Part shown: positions 29,361 through 34,099 of the stretch, piece by piece | Position numbering within the stretch: the first letter of the stretch is position 1 | Layout: each line of letters begins with the position of its first letter | Assembly (NCBI GenBank): GCA_039714895.1 | Contig: JBDLIK010000001.1 | Coordinates: forward strand, 1-34,099 | Reading direction: 5' to 3' | Source of the DNA: Myxococcota bacterium | GTDB lineage: Bacteria; Myxococcota_A; UBA9160; DASRUS01 | Length of the DNA stretch: 34,099 bases | Made by a program: the position numbers and the translations under genes | Notes under the pieces: generated by a model | What the model was told of the DNA's origin: nothing | The model's input: the letters and a program-made list of their open reading frames with translations, nothing else | Databases searched by the model: none

Positions 29361-31139
29361 TCAGAACGACCAGAGGCGCGGGATCAGACCGATGGCGATC
29401 ACTGCGCACAGTACATTGAGTGGAAGACCTACACGGACGAAGTCCGTGTACCGATATCCCCCCGGCCCGTAGACCATGAGGTGGGTCTGATAGCTCACAG
29501 GCGAAGCGAACGCGCAGCTCGCTCCGAGCGCGACCGCGATCGCAAACGGGCGCGGATCCACCCCGATCTGCACGGCCGCCGCCACGGCGATCGGAAACAG
29601 GAGCGCGACCGAAGCGTTGTGATGCAGCAGTTCGGACATCACGTTCGTTACGACGTAGATGGTGGCGAGGATCGCCACGGGGCCGAGCGAGTGCACGTGT
29701 TCGACGACGAGACCGGCGATCGCTGCGCCCGCTCCTGTCTTCTCGATCGCCGACGCAATGCCGAGGCCGGCGCCGATGACGACCAGGACGTGTAGCTGGA
29801 CGCTTCGCCGAGCGCCCGTGCCGGAGATGCAACGTGTCGCGATCAGGATGCCACCCGCGACGAACGCACCGAGCGCGATCGGCAGCACGCGCGTAGCCGC
29901 GAGGGCGACCATGGCCAGGAATACGCCAGCGGCGAGCCAGGCGCGGTCGTGGCGCGGCGGTGCCGATTCGGGGACCTCGCTGACAAGGTAGAAGTCGGGA
30001 CTGCTGCGACGCGCGCGCAGGAACCCCGGAGTGCCCTGGATCAACAGCGTGTCGCCGGCGCGCATGACGATGTCGCCGAGCTTCCCGCGCACCCGCTCTC
30101 CGTTGCGGTGCACTGCGATCACGGCGGCGTCGTATACAGCGCGGAAATCCACGTCGCGCAGCGTTCGGTTCGTCAGCGGCGACGAGCGCGACAACACAGC
30201 CTCAACGAGCGGCTGGCGAGGATCCGGCCGCCACGGTTCTTCGTCCTCGGCCACCGGTACCAGACCGCGGATGCGCTGGAGGTCGACGATCGTGGAAACC
30301 GCGCCCGCGAACACAAGCCGGTCGCCAGCTCGAACGACCTCATCCGGGGCCACAGGCGAGATGCCAACTCCCTCCCGCACGATCTCGAAGAGGAAGAGCC
30401 CCGGCAGGTGCCGCAGGCCGGCCTGCTCGATGTCGCGCCCTACCAACGCGCACGCGGGCTCGACCCGCATCGTCACGGTGTATTCGCGCGTGTGCTGACT
30501 CACTTCAGCCGCTGGATCAGCACGGTTCGGCAACAGCCGCGGCGCGACCAGCAGCAGGTAGCCCAGCCCCACGACGCAGACAGGGACGCCGACCGGCGCG
30601 AGCTCGAAGAAGCCCAGCGGCCGCATCCCCGTCTGCCGCACCAGTCCATCCGCGGTGAGAATGACGCTGCTACCGATCACGGTGATGGTCGAGCCGAGGA
30701 TGGTCGAGTAGCTGAGCGGGATCAGTAGTCTGCTGGGCGCGATGCGATGGCGGCGCGCCCAGTCGACGATGAGCGGAGTCATCATCGCCACGATGGGCGC
30801 GTTGTTCAGAAAGCCCGACAGGCTCGCCAGCGGGGGTAGCGCCCGCGCCATCGTTCCGCGCTCGCTCCGCCCTTGCCGGAACAGTCTGCCGAGAGTGAGC
30901 TCGAGCGCGCCAGTCTCGCGCATTGCCGCCGACAGGATGAAGAGAGCCCCCACCGTCATCATCGCGGGGCTCGCGAAGCCAGCGAACGTCTCGGTCGGGG
31001 TCAGCACACCGGCCGTAGCCAGGACGAAGAGACCACCCATCAAGATCAAGTCGGGGCCCGCGATACCTCTTACCAAAGCGATCAGTACTCCGCCGATCAC
31101 CCCGATCGTAAGCCAGCCGTGCCAGCCGAGTTGGTCCAT
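29361..31139 (-). CDS. SLC13/DASS-superfamily anion permease with two central TrkA-C (RCK_C) domains
   Basis: 592 aa with an ATG preceded by AGGAG. Hydrophobic N- and C-terminal halves flank two TrkA-C-like repeats (VGRDIEQAGL...GDRLVF and TLRDVDFRAVYDAAVIAVHRNGE...GDTLLIQG). Confidence 0.85.
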   Translation of the reverse strand: MDQLGWHGWLTIGVIGGVLIALVRGIAGPDLILMGGLFVLATAGVLTPTETFAGFASPAMMTVGALFILSAAMRETGALELTLGRLFRQGRSERGTMARALPPLASLSGFLNNAPIVAMMTPLIVDWARRHRIAPSRLLIPLSYSTILGSTITVIGSSVILTADGLVRQTGMRPLGFFELAPVGVPVCVVGLGYLLLVAPRLLPNRADPAAEVSQHTREYTVTMRVEPACALVGRDIEQAGLRHLPGLFLFEIVREGVGISPVAPDEVVRAGDRLVFAGAVSTIVDLQRIRGLVPVAEDEEPWRPDPRQPLVEAVLSRSSPLTNRTLRDVDFRAVYDAAVIAVHRNGERVRGKLGDIVMRAGDTLLIQGTPGFLRARRSSPDFYLVSEVPESAPPRHDRAWLAAGVFLAMVALAATRVLPIALGAFVAGGILIATRCISGTGARRSVQLHVLVVIGAGLGIASAIEKTGAGAAIAGLVVEHVHSLGPVAILATIYVVTNVMSELLHHNASVALLFPIAVAAAVQIGVDPRPFAIAVALGASCAFASPVSYQTHLMVYGPGGYRYTDFVRVGLPLNVLCAVIAIGLIPRLWSF

Positions 31140-31151
31140 CGAGGAACTCCT

Positions 31152-31526
31152 CTAGACGAGCTCGTGCTCGATCTGAGCCCACGCGTGCTGCAGAATGGTG
31201 CACACCTGACAGGAACTCCTGGTCGAGCACTTCTCTGTCGTGGAGATCGAGAGCAAGGGCGCAGACCGGACCCCCAAGAGGTCTTTCACGAGGATTCCTC
31301 TGCCAGCGTGTGATTGTCGCAGACGCGCGAGTTCTGCCAGGTAGCTGCCGAAGTCTTTGACCCGGTGGGTGATGATCGGGCCAAGCCCCTCCCTGCCGAG
31401 ACGTGTCCGCATCTTCCCGGAGAAGCCGCGCGACGTCGCAGCGTACGCCCTGCGGTTCTCCTTGTACGCCGCTCGCGCCTTGGAGACCTCGGGAGTCGTT
31501 CGGGTCATGGGCGGATCCTCATCCAC
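31152..31526 (-). pseudogene. Remnant of a RelA/SpoT-domain (small alarmone synthetase-like) nucleotidyltransferase gene
   Basis: The 124-aa ORF contains HRVKDFGSYLAELAR (RVKxxxS...K), VKDLLGVR (DxxGxR) and TILQHAWAQIEHELV (the QIRT..QHAWAE.EH box). Only about 25 residues separate the last two motifs, whereas family members as I recall them have about 60-70. The ORF stops right after EHELV, 12 nt before the transporter ATG. An alternative frame (VCALALDLHDREVLDQEF) looks like displaced family sequence. Confidence 0.45.
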
Positions 31527-32487
31527 GATTCACGAGGAAGACCAGATACACGACGTACAACAAGACGAATGAGACGCCCTCCTTGCGATCAATCGCGTTC
31601 CTCGGGCCTACCGCGACGGCCAGCAGGAGGAACGCGCTCGATGCCACGACCATCAGGATGTCCGTGTTGCTCACTACGTCGAATGGCAGCGGGCGTAGCA
31701 CTGCGCTCAGGCCCAGCACCCAGAGCAAGTTGAAGATATTCGAGCCGATCGCGTTTCCGATGGCCAAGTCCGTGTTTCCCCGGTGGGCCGCCAGGACGGT
31801 TGTGACCAGCTCCGGCAATGAGGTGCCGATCGCAATCACTGTGAGCCCCACAAATGACTCACTGAGACCCAGGAGCCGGCTGAGAGAGACTGCGCCCTCC
31901 ACGACCCAGTGTGCCCCCATCCCCAACCCGATGCTGCCCGCGACGAGCCAGGCCAGCGGGTGAAGCAGCGAGCCACTCACATCACGTCGGCCGAGCGCGG
32001 GGTGGTCGATGACCGTGTGTGGATCGTTCCAGACGCGATAGATGTAGAGGAGAAAGAGCAAGAAGAACACGAGCAGGATCACACCATCGCTGCGACTGAT
32101 CGAGAGCGTTCCGGCGGTACCAAACAAATGCGCGTTCGCGATGAATCCGACCAGCACGGCGGCCGTGAGTGAGAACGGGATCTCGGAGAAGATTGTTGCG
32201 TCGCGGACCGGAAGCTCGCGGACGATCGCCGCGACGCCCAAGATCAGTAGAATGTTCGCGACGTTGCTCCCGAGGACGTTGCCGACCGCGATCTCCGAGT
32301 TGCCCGCGAAGCTCGCAAGCACGTTCACGAGAAGCTCGGGAAGGGACGTCCCGATGGACACCAGGGTGAGACCAATCGCGATTTCCGAAGCGCCGAGCCG
32401 ACGACCAATCATCGTCGCACCACGGATCACGGCCTCCGCTCCTAGCAGGAGGATCACGAAACCGACTACGAGGATGATGTACTCCAT
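31519..32487 (-). CDS. CaCA-family Ca2+/cation antiporter (YrbG-like)
   Basis: 322 aa with two alpha-repeats, GTSLPELLVNV and GTSLPELVTTV, each followed by GN.LGSN. About 10 TM segments. GGGAG lies upstream of the ATG. Confidence 0.9.
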   Translation of the reverse strand: MEYIILVVGFVILLLGAEAVIRGATMIGRRLGASEIAIGLTLVSIGTSLPELLVNVLASFAGNSEIAVGNVLGSNVANILLILGVAAIVRELPVRDATIFSEIPFSLTAAVLVGFIANAHLFGTAGTLSISRSDGVILLVFFLLFLLYIYRVWNDPHTVIDHPALGRRDVSGSLLHPLAWLVAGSIGLGMGAHWVVEGAVSLSRLLGLSESFVGLTVIAIGTSLPELVTTVLAAHRGNTDLAIGNAIGSNIFNLLWVLGLSAVLRPLPFDVVSNTDILMVVASSAFLLLAVAVGPRNAIDRKEGVSFVLLYVVYLVFLVNRG

Positions 32488-32636
32488 CGCGGCTCCCTAT
32501 GTGATCACGGTGTATCGGGCGTGGCGGGCCACGTATTGGTTCCAGCGTCGATCCATGTCATCGGGCTCCTGCTTCCTGTCTCCTGCCAGATCCGCCCTTC
32601 AGCGTCTTCGCATGAGTGAGTAAGGGTCCGGCCAAC

Positions 32637-32954
32637 TCACCATCCCCAGCAGGGCCGCTCCTCCACCACCGGCCACGAATGCACGCGATGCCGGTCCATT
32701 GCATTCGAGTGCGACGCGCCGTCTGCGAGGGCCACACCGGCCCCGAAGCATGCCAGCATCCCCAACCCGATCGAGCCCGGCTCGACCCAGTGGGCTAGTC
32801 CCAAGGCCATAGCGAAAAGGAGCGGGAACAGGAACAGCGCCGCGAGGTTGTTGTTCCCAACACATCGCCCGATGCGGGTGGCTACACGCCCCAATCCGAG
32901 GCTCAGTAGCAGTGCGAGTGCAAAGGAGACCAGAGTGCGAGTGAGGGCCTCCAA
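32637..32954 (-). CDS. Hypothetical small membrane protein (about 3 TM segments)
   Basis: 105-aa ORF with a TTG start and GAGGGA about 6 nt upstream. It has three hydrophobic stretches and lies on the same strand between the regulator and the antiporter. I recognise no family. Confidence 0.3.
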   Translation of the reverse strand: MEALTRTLVSFALALLLSLGLGRVATRIGRCVGNNNLAALFLFPLLFAMALGLAHWVEPGSIGLGMLACFGAGVALADGASHSNAMDRHRVHSWPVVEERPCWGW

Positions 32955-33041
32955 TCGGTTCCCTCTAGCGAGCGAAGAACGACTGGGCCGTCACCGCCCA
33001 ACATCTCCCGGTGCTGGGGGAGCGTGCGTCGGAACGCGACG

Positions 33042-33329
33042 CTACCACGGAGGATCCAGGATGAGCCTGAGTAGGGCGGAAACACGTTGGTGTTTCTCGA
33101 CGGGATGGCGCAGAGGCAGGCTCTTGCGGACTTTGTACCGATTTCGGCGCCCAGTGCGCACTCGCTGAACGTATCCGGCCTCCTCCAGGTCTCCGATGAT
33201 GCGTTGCACGGCGCGCTCAGTAATCGCGACCCTCTCGGCGATATCGCGCATGCGCGCTTCCGGAGCGTCGACAATGCAAATGAGCACGTGGGCGTGGTTC
33301 GTAAGGAATGTCCACTCGCCTTTGTCCAT
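33042..33329 (-). CDS. Winged-helix (ArsR/MarR-like) transcriptional regulator, 95 aa
   Basis: Internal ATG at 33329 of ORF 33042..33476, with GAGGGG upstream. The product reads MDKGEWTFLTNHAHVLICIVDAPEARMRDIAERVAITERAVQRIIGDLEEAGYVQRVRTGRRNRYKV, which has an HTH plus wing pattern. The 49 upstream codons lie in AT-rich, intergenic-looking DNA. Confidence 0.7.
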   Translation of the reverse strand: MDKGEWTFLTNHAHVLICIVDAPEARMRDIAERVAITERAVQRIIGDLEEAGYVQRVRTGRRNRYKVRKSLPLRHPVEKHQRVSALLRLILDPPW

Positions 33330-33528
33330 CTTGAAGTCTCTGCCCCTCTTCGACTTCAGGGAGCGATGGGTGCGACCTACTACTGGGTGATTGCTGCTCG
33401 CTTCATTTGCTGCTATGAAATTCGCGATACACAGTTCCTGTATTGTGAGTCTGAAGATACTCCGCCCGATCGCCAATGCAATACCCAGCGCTGGAAGCGA
33501 AGTCGAAGCTGGGCACTAGGGTCATGAG

Positions 33529-34099
33529 ATGGCGCTACGAGATCTCCTCGAGAACAACCGCCAGTGGGCGGAGGCCGCGACGAGGAAGAGGCCCGACTTC
33601 TTTGAGAAGCTGTGTGGTCAGCAGTCCCCGGCCTATCTGTGGGTCGGGTGCTCTGACAGCCGAGTGCCCGCGAACGCAATCGTGGGCCTCGATCCGGGCG
33701 AGCTCTTTGTGCACCGCAACGTGGGAAACATCGTCGCTCCCGGGGATTTGAACGGCCTCTCGGCGATTCAATTCGCAGTGGACGTGCTGAACGTGGGCCA
33801 CATCATCGTCTGCGGGCACTACGGGTGTGGTGCGGTTCATGCTGCCGCCTCGAATGTCAGGTTGGGGCTCGCAGACGGCTGGATTCGGCACATCAAGGAC
33901 GTCCGGGAGAAACACTGCATCGATCTCGCGGCGATCGATGACGAAACCGCACGTACGGATCGCTTGTGTGAGCTCAACGTGATGGCTCAAGTTCGAAACG
34001 TGTGCGAGTCCACGGTGGTCCGTGGCGCTTGGCAACGGGGCCGGCAGTTTTCCGTTCACGGTTGGATCTACTGCCTTTCCGATGGCCTGCTCCGTGACT
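33529..34099 (+). CDS. can: Beta-class carbonic anhydrase (Can-like), 3'-truncated by the window end
   Basis: This is not in the ORF track because no stop is reached. I translated it by hand from the ATG at 33529 (in-frame TAG at 33517): MALRDLLENNRQWAEAATRKRPDFFEKLCGQQSPAYLWVGCSDSRVPANAIVGLDPGELFVHRNVGNIV...HIIVCGHYGCGAVHAA...LCELNVMAQV...VHGWIYCLSDGLLRD. It is near-colinear with E. coli Can as I recall it. The zinc ligands are present in CSDSR and HYGCG. Confidence 0.9.
   Translation, partial: MALRDLLENNRQWAEAATRKRPDFFEKLCGQQSPAYLWVGCSDSRVPANAIVGLDPGELFVHRNVGNIVAPGDLNGLSAIQFAVDVLNVGHIIVCGHYGCGAVHAAASNVRLGLADGWIRHIKDVREKHCIDLAAIDDETARTDRLCELNVMAQVRNVCESTVVRGAWQRGRQFSVHGWIYCLSDGLLRD

Overview
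This is a very GC-rich bacterial chromosomal segment. Hand counts on single 60-nt lines give about 70-78% GC over most of it. It is almost fully coding. Most genes sit in minus-strand operons joined by 4-nt ATGA/GTGA start/stop overlaps.

Gene order, left to right:
- A degenerate-receiver + PilZ signalling protein (plus strand).
- A 70-aa histone-fold protein.
- larC and larB.
- A compact chemosensory operon, transcribed right to left: sensor-less MCP, cheW, cheY, cheA, cheC/X-like. Its cheA is split between two reading frames exactly at an A7 run.
- thiL, then lon.
- A TPR/LpoA-like lipoprotein.
- A Bacillus-type heat-shock block: hemW-hrcA-grpE-dnaK-dnaJ.
- A fused double M16 peptidase (plus strand).
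- An ABC-2 exporter pair, divergent from an MFP + RND efflux pair.
- A 487-nt unassigned gap between convergent genes.
- A more AT-rich right end: DASS/TrkA-C transporter, a decayed RelA/SpoT-domain remnant, a CaCA Ca2+/cation antiporter, a small membrane ORF and a winged-helix regulator.
- A divergent beta-carbonic anhydrase (can-like). It runs off the window end, so it is absent from the ORF track.

I could not support any rRNA, tRNA, CRISPR array, transposase or integrase. I did not recognise a defence or other clearly novel multi-gene system.

The items most worth a second look are:
- the bacterial histone-fold gene;
- the cheA frame break at a perfect A_AAA_AAA heptamer;
- the degenerate REC-PilZ protein with an unknown N-terminal domain;
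- a recurring CTGCGGGC/GCCCGCAG hairpin at three gene ends;
- the structured 487-nt gap;
- the low-GC patch carrying the RelA/SpoT remnant.

Many long ORFs in the track are antisense or 5'-extended artefacts of the high GC content. I trimmed or rejected these.
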